Source: Basidiobolus ranarum (taxonomy: Eukaryota). From it: a DNA stretch of 33,008 nt. Made by a program: the position numbers and the translations under genes. Within the stretch, counting starts at the first letter, position 1, and every line of letters starts with the position of its first letter. The DNA lies in contig JASJQH010006954.1 of assembly GCA_040143965.1 (NCBI GenBank), positions 1-33,008 of the forward strand. The letters are read 5' to 3'. Positions 1-12,669 of this stretch are shown one piece after another. Under the pieces are notes generated by a model, which saw nothing but the letters and a program-made list of their open reading frames with translations, did not search any database and was not told where the DNA came from.

Positions 1-78
1 TATACTTGACAGAATTATAGATATAAATTGTGTAAATAGATTTAACTGCAAAAAATCATTAGTATTTTAGGATTTGAC

Positions 79-117
79 CGTGGTATTCAATCGTGGTATT
101 CAATCGTGGTATTCAAT
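79..117. repeat. 13-bp tandem repeat (CGTGGTATTCAAT) x3
   Basis: Three exact head-to-tail copies at 79-91, 92-104 and 105-117. Confidence 0.95.
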
Positions 118-1339
118 CCGGCTGAGGGTTAGGTACTTGATCTTCATTGTCAAAGCTAACTCCATATCTAGATATAGCATCTAAATATAAATGAGTGATG
201 GACTGGCTTTTTGTTTGGAACTATGACACCTTATCATACAATATGCTTATGTGAGACTGCAGATTAGACTACGTCGTTATATAGAATTCTGATGGTAAGA
301 GAAATACATATTTTGTTACTATCTATTGAATGCTCACTTACTTCATCTGATTGGTGTAACTTTTGTTTCCGATGTTGGTTACTCTGGAAATTTATATATA
401 AGGTTCGGTGCATATGCTCTTAATGTTTAGTGCCTCCCCTTCTAACCATAATGACTGAGTGACGCTATCTTGTAAAACCTCATGTAGGAAAGATATTTTA
501 GTGGTTTCCTTTAGCGTACTGTGGTTGCCTTTTATAGCCCTCTATTTCCTCTCTCTACTCCTTGCTACGGACTTTATTTCTACTATTTTAGTGATGCTAA
601 TGCATGAGGTACGATCCAAATCGGAACTGATGTTATTTTCTCACCCCATACTGCTCTATTATCTGTCAAGTTTTAACTGTGCTCCCTAATGGTAAATGGT
701 TCAGGTTAATTGGGATCCTGATTGCTTGGATGTATAAGCGATTGAGCATAATGTGTATTTATCAACGCCTGCATTGTGGCTTTCTGTGTACTGCTACGAA
801 TGAGTCTATGCTAAGTAGGGATGCAAAACTTTAAATTTAATATCAATGCAATGCTATTATGGCGATACTGTTGACTGTTAAGAAGACCTTAGTATCCTTT
901 TGGATATTGAGTCAACTGAGACCACGCTAGCGGACTAACTTCACCTAGGTAGGCTGATATGTCACCAGTTACTTCCATTTAAGGTTATCTTAGGGTTAGG
1001 TTTGATGAAATTGAGTACTCTCAGATTTGCATATTTTGGACAATGTATGTGAAATATATGCTTTGGCCATTGACTTCATAGATTAGAATAAGTATATATA
1101 TAAATATAGTCCACATCCTTGCCTCTGTTGTTAACTCAATTAGTAGCAGGTACTATTGCTGTTCTTGAAGTCAAGTTTTTCAGCCAAGCTGTCGTGTGCA
1201 TGGTGATTTTTTCAATGCAATTATATTTGTAGCTGAACTGTTATTGTTGGAGTTGTTCTGATGACAGGATAATATTCCTTAAAGATTCAAGATTATGTCG
1301 AATGGTCTCTGTCTTGAGAAGGTAGACACCAATTTATTC

Positions 1340-1960
1340 AAATGTGTTACTAAAGAGTTTGGCACAATTATTCCCCACTACAAACAACCTTCAGACCAAG
1401 AAGATTAACTCTATATTTGGTGTAGATGCTACATGTAGTATGGATTTCAAGTAAGGATATCTATGAAACAGAGTTCCAGCCTAAGAAAGTACTGTACAAT
1501 ATGTAGATCTAGTATTTATCATGTTCTCATAAATTCCATTTATTTATACTTTGTGACAACTCGTAGTGGTTTTTATTAGCCCTCTTGTAAATTTGAAATA
1601 ATCATCACATTAGCACCTTATGAAAACTCTAGATAGCTTTATAATTGTTGAAGTTAGAGTTGGACAGAGTCTGTGTCATTCTGAACATATAGTTTGAGGA
1701 ATGGGTTGTTGAATGTGTTGAAGTATCTGGGAGCCTGTTGGAAGTGGTTTGGAGAATTAGAGAAATTGGTGGTATTCACTTGTTGATTTATTGAGTAGAA
1801 AGTTGACATTTATACTTTTGTCAAGATGTAAGCAAACTAACATGTGGAATATGCTTAGAAAGGTCTAAGAAACATGTGTGCAAAGTTTGGGGCTTCTAGC
1901 ACAAGCTTGAAAAATCTCTATATCTGAGAACATCTAAGTTGGTGTCAATATTCCAAGTAA
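1340..1960 (-). mobile_element. Degenerate LTR-like / retroelement remnant
   Basis: AT-rich, nearly CpG-free, no ORF. The reverse complement of 1771-1820 aligns by eye with 32231-32285, and that of ~1563-1590 with ~32393-32425, both upstream of the copia gag. Boundaries approximate. Confidence 0.4.
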
Positions 1961-2906
1961 ATTCCTCTTAAGAACAGTGGGTGATACCTTAGTTCAATAT
2001 GGAATAACAAAATACTAAGCTATATATGATTATATAGATGTTAAGTCTATGCTTATTTCAAAAAAAGATATACTAATAGTTATCTATTATTTTAATTCAG
2101 TCTTATACACCTGTAATACCCTGGAATCAGGAAAGATGTAGTAGTAATTGGAGTAAGTTTAGGATAAACTCAGAGTCTTGATTTTAATCTTCTATCAAGC
2201 AGTGTTTGCTCTTGAGTATCATAATTTTTTGCTAATTACTGTCCCACAATCCCTTTATCATGCAGTGCTGCACTTTCAGTAACTATGCATGCCTCTTGTC
2301 TAGATATGTATTTATGAAACAACCAATACCATTCAACCACATTATATCATATATGTATTCAGATCCAGAGTATTCAAATTTCAACAACTAATTGGCCCCT
2401 TGGTCCCAAGATCAAAGCACCTGGTCAATGTCGCTAAACTCAACCAATGAAACTTACAAAGTAGCTCAGGTCAGTTAAATAACATTTCAGTGTGCGAGAC
2501 AATGTGTAAAGATAGGAAAGAATCCCGAGATCAGCATAATTTATCACTTGATCACAAATGATCGGCTCATCAATAATCAAGTTTGGGAAAAGTAAGGTAT
2601 ATCTCCATTTAATATGGGTTCCAAACAATGTATAAATAGCAGTGGATACCAAAAAAGATGGATATTTTAGTTGGCGTTGTTAAGACCAATAAACTTTATA
2701 GCTAAGCTGCATAGATTTAGTTCAAATGAAACTATCAAATCCCTTATTATAGATAGATCCGAAATAATCACTAAAATCACATTATTCTATATAAGGGGAT
2801 GTTGATATTCGTTACCGTTATATTCGTATAACTTTGAGTACTAAATTTAGAATTTTCTGAAGCCATTCTCATTCACTTTTAACAAGAACTTCCTTGAGTA
2901 ATTATC

Positions 2907-3413
2907 ATGATGACAACAGAGGAGCCGGTAAGTCTAGAAGCGTTTCTCTCAAATTTGTGGTCAAATAATATGCTAAACATGAGTTTTTTAGTTGCTTAAG
3001 CTGCTAACCAAGGAACTAGAATCCATTTGGATACAACTAAAGGAAGCTAGCGTTTACCAAAAAGTCACTAAAATTCGATTGAACTCTTTCGTACAATACA
3101 TTAACTTCCATGTGGTTATATTTAGGATTTCTTACATCAACGAGAGAAGGAAATCTTCTCGGTGCTGAAAGAACTTCAATTGACACAATTAAGAGAGGAA
3201 ACTAAGCGAGAAGAGATACGAGTAAAAGAGGAAGAAGTAACTAAACGAGAAGAAATTCGGATAAAAGAGGAAGAAATAACCAAGCGAGAAGAGACACGAA
3301 CTAAAGAGCAAGAAGCAACCAAGCGAGAAGAAACTCGGATAAAAGAGGAAGAACTAACAAAACGAAAGACTGAAGAGCAAATAACGGCGCGCAGCAAAAT
3401 GATGGATTTCTAA
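2907..3413 (+). CDS. Small hypothetical protein with E/K/R-rich 13-aa helical repeats (probably 3 exons: 2907-2927, 3001-~3051/3063, 3126-3413)
   Basis: ATG 2907, GTAAGT donor 2928, acceptor at 3000. Exon 3 from 3126 (after TTTAG) is in frame with ORF 3162-3413. The second donor is uncertain. Confidence 0.55.
3197..3366 (+). repeat. 39-bp coding tandem repeat (~4.3 copies; KEEE.TKREE.R.)
   Basis: Translation: EETKREEIRV/KEEEVTKREEIRI/KEEEITKREETRT/KEQEATKREETRI/KEEELTKRK. Confidence 0.9.
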
Positions 3414-5454
3414 TCGCAACACGCAACCCTAATGATTTCTAAATTTGCTTTTCTCTTGGAAAATCCCTTCCCAGCTATGAATGCACCTTTGATCCTTATT
3501 TAGTTCCATTTGTATTGTTTAGTATTTTTATCGCTCCAGTATACGTTCTATCACTATAAAAATCCCACAATTATTGTTAGTACATTCTGGAAGATACACA
3601 AGCAAGATTAACCACTATTCAATCAAATGTTCAACATACTAGATTATGGTGATCTTGGGTAGTATCAAAAAAGAGTAGTCAATATAGCTCAGTTGGTTAG
3701 TTGGGTTAACTAGTGATAGCTGATATGATCACGTGTCAGTAGCTTGAATTATTTTATGGTTAGAGGAGTTTGTACCTACCCATTGTGTTCTATGGCTGGC
3801 CTCCGAAATTTTTATATTATCTTTAGTGTACTTGTGATGTTTTCATGTTTCCCTCACAAACATCAGAGCAGACTGCCTTCAGAGTGCATATTTTGTTCTA
3901 TCGGTGAGCATTCGGCCACTCGTATAGTTTATCAAGTAAGTGTTCCAAGTATCCTCGATACCCCTTCTCTGACTTGACCAAAATTTTGGATAGGATGAAG
4001 ACGTGATTGCCTTTCACGATATAAAACCTGCTGCCAATACTCACTTGCTAGTTGTCCCGACTAGACATATAGGTAACTTATGATAAATCCCATCATATAG
4101 ATAGACATGACTGACTTGTATTTATAGGGACGGTTAAATCACTTCGAAAAGAGGATTATGAGTTGGGTAACTATAAGAGAGATAACGTTCGATCTACGAC
4201 ATGATATTTTCTAATTTGTATCATTATGTAGTTCAAAAAATGAAAGTAGTTGGACAACGATTGCTTCGTGAGCAAGGATATTCGGAAGACAACATAAGGT
4301 GAGTAAAACTGAGGGATTTTTCATTTTTATTTTTATTTAAAGGACTAAATTTTAGACTCGGGTTTCATATTCCTCCGTTTAACTCCATTGACCACTTGCA
4401 TCTCCATTGTTTGGGTTTACCTTTTCGAAATTGGTGGATTGGTGGAAAATATTCACGAAATACACCTTTGTGGTTTAATTCGATTGACACGATATTGGAG
4501 AAATTGAAGTAACTTTATTAGACCTTTGAAGACATGATGAAACCGAATTTTAGATTAAAACACTGTAGACTTTAGACGTATTACCATCGTTAGTAATGGA
4601 ATCATAAGCATCGTAGTCCTGTACTCTACATCTGGCATGGTTAAGTTAATATATAGTACTGGGCTTAGGCTTGAGCTCACATACATTACATACCATTACT
4701 TTCAATACCGTGAGCAAATCTACCTGGCAATAAAGAGCAGCCTGTCTCTAACGAACGTTGATTCAGATTGACAAAATGTAAAGCAGTAAAAGGTAGATCC
4801 AAGTTGTCGACTTGTAATGAGCCAGCCAAAAGTACACATTGGTTGAATACACTCCAAATCTTACTATATATAACGCACCAACTCTATTAGCACTCAATTT
4901 GTACATCACCAGTACGTGTTACCTATGTCTTCCACACAGGATTATGGAAGGTCTCATGACCGTACGATCACATCAGTGAGATGTTTCTACATCAACCCTA
5001 TCTAGGTAATCTACCTGGAATCCATCTGGGCAATATTACTAGCATGTTTGGTATTTGCTAGGGTTTGTGGTTGATAAGGAAATCAATATAATCCGAAAAT
5101 CCGTTTTGAAATGATGCGGGAGTTGTGGGTGCGAGAATCTTCTTTGTGTAAGGGAAATTTGTTGAGAAATGTGCTCACCATATATGCTCATGATTTATAT
5201 AGATAATTAGCGATAATTTGATGTTCCACACTGCTTAAAATCAATCGGAATCCGTGGTATTTGACCTTTTATATCCAATAATGCGTGAGAGTATATGTCA
5301 GCAAGAAGTGCCAAAACAGGGAGTATTAGGAATTCTTGAATCCATCCATCCAAATTCACATACTGGGTTACGAGTCGGGAGATTCTATAAATACGACGTA
5401 GCTCGTGAGTGAAACTTCAGTACCACTCTTCCATTTAGTTCCTGCTCAGTAAAT

Positions 5455-6881
5455 ATGGTCAACGCTAGTCAATTCTATTACACCTCTAAAGTTAACAACC
5501 GTAAGGTTGCCAAAAACCTTGGTGTTGACGCTGGTGTTATCTACCTCAAAGGCCATGTTAACACTGTGAAGTTTGACAGTGATACTGTAAGTCTCTGATT
5601 ATCTTCTAGCCCAACCTTTTTATCAAGTAAGCTGAACTTTTATCACTTTTACAGGAATTGCCTTTCGACCAAGATCCATACTTTTTCTACATGACTGGCG
5701 TGGAGCAACCTGGATACGAGTTCCTCTATGATATCGAGAGCGATAAAGCTGTTCTTTTCGCCCCCAGAATCCCCGAGGACGATATTGTCTGGATTGGTTC
5801 ACCCGAAACCAACGAACAACTAAAAGAAAGATATGATGTCGATGAGGTTAAATATACCGATGATTTGACTGTTTTCCTGAAGGAACTTTCCCCCAAGAGT
5901 GTCTACGTCTTAAATGGTACTGATGCTTCACATTTGGCTGAATTCCAAGCCAGTGTTGAGGAAACCAAGCTTGAAGAGGCCCTTAAAGAAGCCCGTATGT
6001 TCAAGTCTGAATTTGAGCTTGAAGTTATGAGAATTTCCAACAAGATTTCCAGTGATGCTCATATCGCTCTTATGAAGAAGATCAAGCCTGGTATGAATGA
6101 ACGTGAACTTCAAGCCTTGTTTGAATATGAATGCAATCGTCATGGTTCTATGCGTCAAGCTTACCTTCCCATCATGGCATATAGCAACAATGCTGCCACA
6201 TTGCATTATGGTCGTAATAACTGTGAAATGCCCGATGGATCTCACTTATTCTTGGTAGATGCTGGTGGTGAATACCATAGATATGCCTCCGACATTACTC
6301 GTACTTACCCTGTTGGTGGTAAATACACTGATGATGCTAAAACCATCTATAGCATTGTTTTAGACATGCAAAAGCAAGTTTTGGATGCGTTGAAGCCCGG
6401 AGTTAAGTGGGAGGATATGCATCGTCTTGCCAGCCGTATTGCCTGTGAAGGTCTTAAGAAGTGCGGTATTCTTAAAGGAGATGTGGATGAGATGATCGCT
6501 AAATTCGTTCCTGCTGCATTCTATCCTCATGGACTTGGACATTCCATTGGTATTGATACCCATGATGTTGGTGGCTATCCTAAGGGAGTAGAGAAAATCA
6601 ACGAACCAGGTATCCGTTACTTGCGTATGCGTCGTGATTTGAAGCCTGGCATGGTTGTCACCGTGGAGCCTGGAGTATACTTCTGCGATGCTATCATTGA
6701 ACCCTTCCTGAAGAACCCCGAGACTGCCAAATACTTTGATATTCCTACCCTTGACAGATTCCGCAAGGTTGGTGGAGTTCGTATTGAGGATAATGTTGTC
6801 ATTAAGGAAGATTCCATTGAGAACCTTACCACTGTTCCTAAAGAAATTGATGAAATCGAAGCCATCATGGCCTCTGCTTAA
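5455..6881 (+). CDS. Xaa-Pro dipeptidase (prolidase) / aminopeptidase P, peptidase M24B; join(5455..5586,5655..6881), 452 aa
   Basis: M24B motifs: DAGGEYHRYASDITRT, HGLGHSIGIDTHD, TVEPGVYF, GGVRIEDNV. N-terminal QDPYFFYMTG. GTAAGT..ACAG intron 5587-5654 restores an in-frame ATG at 5455. Confidence 0.95.
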
Positions 6882-7124
6882 ATACCAATATTTGCATCCC
6901 ATTTCAATTTTCCTAAATCATTTGAATGTAAATAAATCTTCGAAATATGCAACTTTAATCCATCGTTTGTGAGTCTTAACCCTGGAGCTATGGATACCAA
7001 TCCCCGCATATTCCCAAACCACAAGAGTTAGAATAGTTCCGGAATGAATCAATCGTACTGAGTATGCAGAGGTAGAACAGAGCCTAGCCCAGTTACTTCT
7101 GGATAATTTGAAATTGGAATACAT

Positions 7125-7143
7125 GTAAACAAATGAAACGCGT
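7125..7143 (+). promoter_or_regulatory. Candidate forkhead site (GTAAACA 7125-7131) next to an MCB element (ACGCGT 7138-7143) upstream of histone H4
   Basis: Exact consensus matches ~250 bp upstream of the H4 ATG. A TCGCGT near-match at 7259-7264 and TATATAAA at ~7276. Function inferred. Confidence 0.35.
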
Positions 7144-7381
7144 GAAAGCAATCTCTGTACAAGGGATCCCCTGAGACTTATTGGATTTGAGAAATCGATA
7201 TTGGGGAGCATAATGATGAATATGATGTGTTGATAGATTAGAAAGACACCACTTAATCTCGCGTGATTGATTCTTATATAAATGTGTGGGTTACCAAGCG
7301 ATCCTGATTAGAACTCTATCTCTCCCCTCTTTATTTCGATTTATACTGTCCCCACCCCTTCCCCTCTCATCAATCAATTAA

Positions 7382-7699
<318 letters not shown>

Positions 7700-8076
7700 G
7701 AAACCATTCTTCCTTTATGGAATTGATTCTCATATCACTACTATCAATGGTTGTTTCTGTATATACTAAGTATCGATTACCCACTTGCGTGCGTAATGAA
7801 ACACTTCTCTGATCATCAAATGAATGCTATTCTTTTTATGTGTTGAATTTTCAATAAAATATTGCCGCTGCGGTATCATCCACTATTAATATCATATTCA
7901 TGAACCGGAATCACGTAAAGCTCTAAGGTTTCTTATTCTTCCATATGTGAAATTAAGTCACATTTTGTATAGATTTGAAGTTTCACCGTATGTGATGGAC
8001 ATAAAGCACTTTATTGTTAGGGGTAAGTTGAATTTTGTAGGATTAGATCTCTAGAGGGGAATCCCATATATCATCA

Positions 8077-8525
8077 CTAATTTTGCTCATTAAATCCACT
8101 TTCGAATTCATCATCAATAGCGAAGATACCCGAGGATGGATCAATTTCGAAGTCATCTACTGGTGGTTGTGGAGAAATAATCTCTCTATCTTCGTCAGAG
8201 TCGGTAAAGTGAGTAGTTTCTTGGTGGAATGGTTCAGTTAGTTCGTCTCCTTCATCGTCTACAACCACCTCTGATAATAAATGTTGAAAATCCTCTTGTT
8301 CTGGTTGAATAACGGAGTTAACTCGTCGAAGTGGGTAAGTTCCACTTGGTACTAAACGAATGCTACGTCTATAGCAAATATAAAGTCCTAAAGCGACCAA
8401 TATCGTGATTAAAATGGACTGTAAGAAGAGAAGATAGTGAGCTGATGGGTTCTATTTAACAGAAGTGAATAGTAGTCACTTACCAAGATGAACACTGAAG
8501 TCCAAGAAGTTTCCGAACCTTTCAT
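8077..8525 (-). CDS. Hypothetical single-pass membrane protein with acidic tail; exons 8525-8484 and 8418-8077, 127 aa
   Basis: MKGSETSWTSVFIL|SILITILVALGLYICYRR: a GTAAGT..ACAG intron joins in frame. Hydrophobic N-terminal segment, then RR, then an acidic tail. Confidence 0.7.
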
Positions 8526-9279
8526 ATTTCAAGAGACAAATAAATATATGTGAAGCAATTTTTTTAGTTACTTCCAGACTTGGGTATATTTCTTAAACCC
8601 AAGGAAATTCTTCGAATTAGGTAATCTTGGTGGTGGAAATAACTTCTACAGAGGAGTTCGAAAAGAAGGAATTTGGTGGAGGTTTATACTTTGAAAGTAT
8701 AATGGTACTTGTTTATCGATAGTCTTTTATGGTCTTGACTTAGAGTTGAATATATCTTTCGCTATTTCCAAGACTTCAATCTTTTTACGGTGGTAACACT
8801 ATAATCAATCTCCCCTTCCATAACCTCTTCTGTACTCCCCTTAATATTGGTAAATGATGGGCAAATGACCCTGACGTCAACTCAACATATCCCTTAATCC
8901 CTCCAGACCCTCGATATTTAAATGGTTTAAACATGGTTGAAATTGTATGGCAATAATGTAAATCCCGAATAATATTTATGGAATATTTGTAGATTTGAGA
9001 ATAACCAGCCACCAACAAGATAGGATAATAGAAGGATCATTCGAAACGGTCATAGCAATGAGTAACAGAAATGGGAACTGAAGCCCAAACCCAAATGAAA
9101 TTTCGGGATATTTTGAGTGTACGAAACTTCGTATTAAATATTTCAAACCACTAATTCACTTTATAAATTCGAGTAATTTCTAGGAAATCTCTATCAATTG
9201 TCTTGCTAATTCAATTGTATCTCACATCCCACATCCTATCTCATTTACTAAATCTTCTTTTAGTCTTGGCTCTATAATT

Positions 9280-9945
9280 ATGCATTCCACTGGTGTTCTT
9301 CTGTGTTTATTTTGGGTGTCCATAACCTTGGCTGCACCGGTAGCGAACAGATATGATACCGATGTTCAATTAGGAACTGGCGGTGGGAGTTATGGGGCTT
9401 CAAAGAATACATGGAATGACCAAGAGAGGACTTATGTGTATGGCGGAGGAGATGAAGATGGTGACGGGGATGAGGATGGGGATGGGGATAGTAATGATAC
9501 GGGTGCTAATGAAGATTATGATCACGGTTTCGAGGATGGAAAAAGGGCAGCCTACAAAGAAGGATATGCCGATGGAAAAGATAAAGGCCACTGGAAAGGA
9601 TTTAAAGAGGGCTCTAATCAAGGTCAACGCGAAGGTCATAAAAGTGGAAAAGTTGAAGGAGCTCAAAGGGGCTTAGATGATGGCTATTGGGAAGGTTTTG
9701 ATAATGGAGAGCAGGATGGTGAAGCTAACGGGGAAAAGCGAGGCTATGATGATGGTCATGGGATTGGCAAGAAGTATGGCTACGATCGCGGTTTTAAACT
9801 AGGTCTTGCTGCAGCTTTAGCTGAACAAGGTTCCGGAAACTACAAAACTCTGGAACAAAAGTTTGGTTCCATAGATGGCTTATCTGAAGATAATGATCAC
9901 CCCAACTATCGTGGCGAGGGAATGGGTGGTAATTCCAAATATTGA
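9280..9945 (+). CDS. Secreted Gly/Asp-rich protein with a long GxxxG (i+4 glycine) repeat
   Basis: Signal-peptide-like MHSTGVLLCLFWVSITLAAP, an acidic GDEDGD segment, then 21 consecutive xxxG units. Intronless 221-aa ORF. Confidence 0.8.
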   Translation: MHSTGVLLCLFWVSITLAAPVANRYDTDVQLGTGGGSYGASKNTWNDQERTYVYGGGDEDGDGDEDGDGDSNDTGANEDYDHGFEDGKRAAYKEGYADGKDKGHWKGFKEGSNQGQREGHKSGKVEGAQRGLDDGYWEGFDNGEQDGEANGEKRGYDDGHGIGKKYGYDRGFKLGLAAALAEQGSGNYKTLEQKFGSIDGLSEDNDHPNYRGEGMGGNSKY

Positions 9946-10356
9946 GACTGCTTCAGTGGTGAGAGATTCTCGTCCAACCCTTGTAAATCTTTGAAAGCTC
10001 AATTCTAGGAATCAAATCGGAAAATACTACCGACAAGCACTGCATGTATTCCTGTTTTAATATAGAGTTTGAATAAATATTGCTTTGAAATGAGTGCAGT
10101 CACATTGTTGGCGATTATAAATATTCACAAGCGCATCAGCCACTTCCATGAAACCCACACGTGATTCCTATTCCAGTATACTAGCCCATTCGTCAGCCTT
10201 GCAAACTAGGAATTTTATTGGTTTACAAGATTCATCTAGTTTTTTTTCAAAATATCGGAGAAAATGAGTAGTAAAGAAAACTTTTTGACTCGTCTCTGCT
10301 CCGTGCTAACTCAACCAAAAGTTTCTCGACGGGTTTAAACTACAAAAGCAGCTGTT

Positions 10357-12358
10357 ATGGTAAGTCTACAAGCACAAACCAAAATATCTCTGCACTCTAT
10401 AGATATATCCATATTTTCTCTTGAAATTCTTATTTTACTTATGAGTACCTCTCTATTCTTTGCTCGAAAGTTCCCTTTTTTAACCACTTCTTTTATAAAA
10501 TAAAGTATCATCCCGAAGATTCTCCTAGCAGTGTCGATCTCGCGGCTGCTTATGAACATGAAGCTTTAGCACTCGAGCAAGAGGCTTCGGAACAGCATAT
10601 GATCTCTGGCTATGATGAACATGGGGGAATTGCTGTACAACACCATGTTCTTGGACAATCCCCTGAGACGTCAGATCATTCAGAACTATCTCAACTGCAT
10701 CCAGATGAAGTTACTCATGGAATACTACATTCACATATCAAGCATGAAGTTGATGAAATTTCTGTAAGTTAACTCCAATACTATATGTAAGGAGAGTTCA
10801 GAACACTAAAAAACCAACCATACATACGTACTGTCGATAGATGGATCCCGACGATTTCTCTACCATGAATCCTTCCATTTTAGCCAACTTGGATAATAAT
10901 TTACAAACCCTCGCTGGTTTAGTAAGTTTACCTCCACCTGAAAACCATTTATCCTCAATTCACAATCAATCCGCTACGGCTATGATGTTAACTTCCACTA
11001 TTCCTTGTAAAAGGAAAGATCGTGAACGTTGCGCTTGGACTCCTGAAGAAGACCATTTACTTAGATTGGCTGTTCAACTTTATGGTGATAAGACAGAAAA
11101 ATGGGCCAAAATCGCTGCTTGTGTGCCTGGTCGTACCAACAAAAATTGTCGGAAAAGGTGGTTTCATTCTTTGGATCCAAGCTTACGTAAAGGTGCATGG
11201 ACACCTGAAGAAGATGAACTCCTTAGACAAGGTGTGGAACGGTATCAAGGACAGTGGAGCAAAATTGCTGAAGCTATCCCGGGACGCACCGATGATCAAT
11301 GTGCCAAACGTTGGAGAGAAAGCTTAGACCCCTCTATTGATAGAGCAGAATGGTCTCACGAAGAAGACGGACTTTTACTTGAAAAATATGAAGAATTAGG
11401 AAGTCAATGGCAAAAGATCTCCCAGTTCTTCCCTGGGCGTCCTGGTCTACATTGTCGCAATCGGTGGAGAAAAATTCAAAGAAGTATGAATCAGAAGAGT
11501 CGTGAGAAAGAAAAGCTCACTCAAGCGTTAATGGCACCAGTTGAAAGCAAACTAACCCAAGAGATTCTCAATTCATCGGAATCCATGGTTAATGCCGAAT
11601 TTATTGCCATGTCGCATCCTGACAACATGCTACATCAGGCTGAGTTTCAACTAGGCGAGCATGAGGGGAAGGCTTATGGTTGTGGAGTAGACAACTGTAT
11701 AGCCAGTTTCATAGATTCAAGTGGACTCTTTTATCACATGAAAGTGTCTCATCCTCGAATAGATTCATCGCTACGACCATATAGATGTGGTCTGCTTGGC
11801 TGTAACAAAAAATACAAGAATATTAATGGTTTGACGTATCACATCAAGCATGCCAAAAACACTTCTGGCCATGGTAATTCCAATCTTCATGGTGGATTAG
11901 ATCCAATTGAGAAGCCCTATAAATGTCCGCACGAAGGTTGTGACAAAAGCTATCGTAACCCTAATGGGTTGCAGTATCATCAGACTCACGCCCACGGACC
12001 TGGAGAAGAGGAGATGCAGAAAGCATTCATTTGTTCTGTCGAGGGATGCCATAAGAGCTATATGAATCCCAATGGACTTGCTTATCATTTTCGGCATGGA
12101 CATCCGGAGGTGATTATCGATATCAATCTCGATATCAATCAATTGGTTTCTTTTATGATCAGTAATTGAATGGCTTAATTGATTTGCTTAATTATGTAGC
12201 TTCTTGACTCTAGTTACTATCTAGTTTCTGATGATACGCGTTTGACATCCGAGCATACAATCCACCATGAAACACTCACAGAGCCACTTGAACCCCATCA
12301 TCATGAATTACTCCGTGGACACGAGCTAACTGAAGATCAATTATCACCGCTACGTTAG
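10357..12358 (+). CDS. Transcription factor with three Myb repeats plus four C2H2 zinc fingers; exons ~10357-10359, 10506-10763, 10841-~12145, 12200-12358
   Basis: Three Myb/SANT repeats (WTPEED..W..IA..PGRT..C..RW) and four CxxxxC..H..H fingers, three with Y[K/R/M]NxNGLxYH. ATG|GTAAGT at 10357-10360 and GTAAGT at 10764 give in-frame upstream exons. The last donor (12110 or 12146) is uncertain. Confidence 0.9.
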
Positions 12359-12669
12359 AAGCGACCATTTACAGCCTTTGTGCAGCCAGCTATTTATTTC
12401 ACATCATTCCGCGCCGCGCCGCTCCCCTCTACACCACACCAATTTTGTAAAGTTACGTAAAAAGCAATCTAGAATTTCCCCAAAGCAATAGCTACTTTTG
12501 TAATAAAATATTAATTGATTTCTTTGTGGTTTATTTATGAATTGATGAACATAATTAGTACACGCCCAACCAGTATCCCTTTCTTCCTTCACTCACCTCT
12601 GCTTTGGATCTGTTCATACTTGTTCGCTTCTTCGTGTATAAAAGTTTCTTCCATATATTTGAAGAGAAT

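Noticed and set aside
79-117. Tandem repeats (also 3197-3366, 22540-23640) as a CRISPR array
   Set aside because: No unique spacers, eukaryotic context and no cas genes.
459-689. Short ORFs in AT-rich intergenic DNA (also 2440-2652, 3744-3977, 8785-9018, 29219-29695)
   Set aside because: Mostly non-ATG starts, no recognisable motifs and no supporting splice structure.
990-1003. TTAGGGTTAGG telomere-like seed (also near 124 and 30741)
   Set aside because: Fewer than two full units, so compatible with chance.
2580-2650. KVYLHLIWVPNNV resembling the non-LTR RNase H WVPxH motif
   Set aside because: Only a three-residue match amid stop codons. Not supportable without a profile search.
5928-6972. 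Several overlapping ORFs within the prolidase gene
   Set aside because: Antisense or alternate-frame shadows of a conserved CDS with no recognisable motifs.
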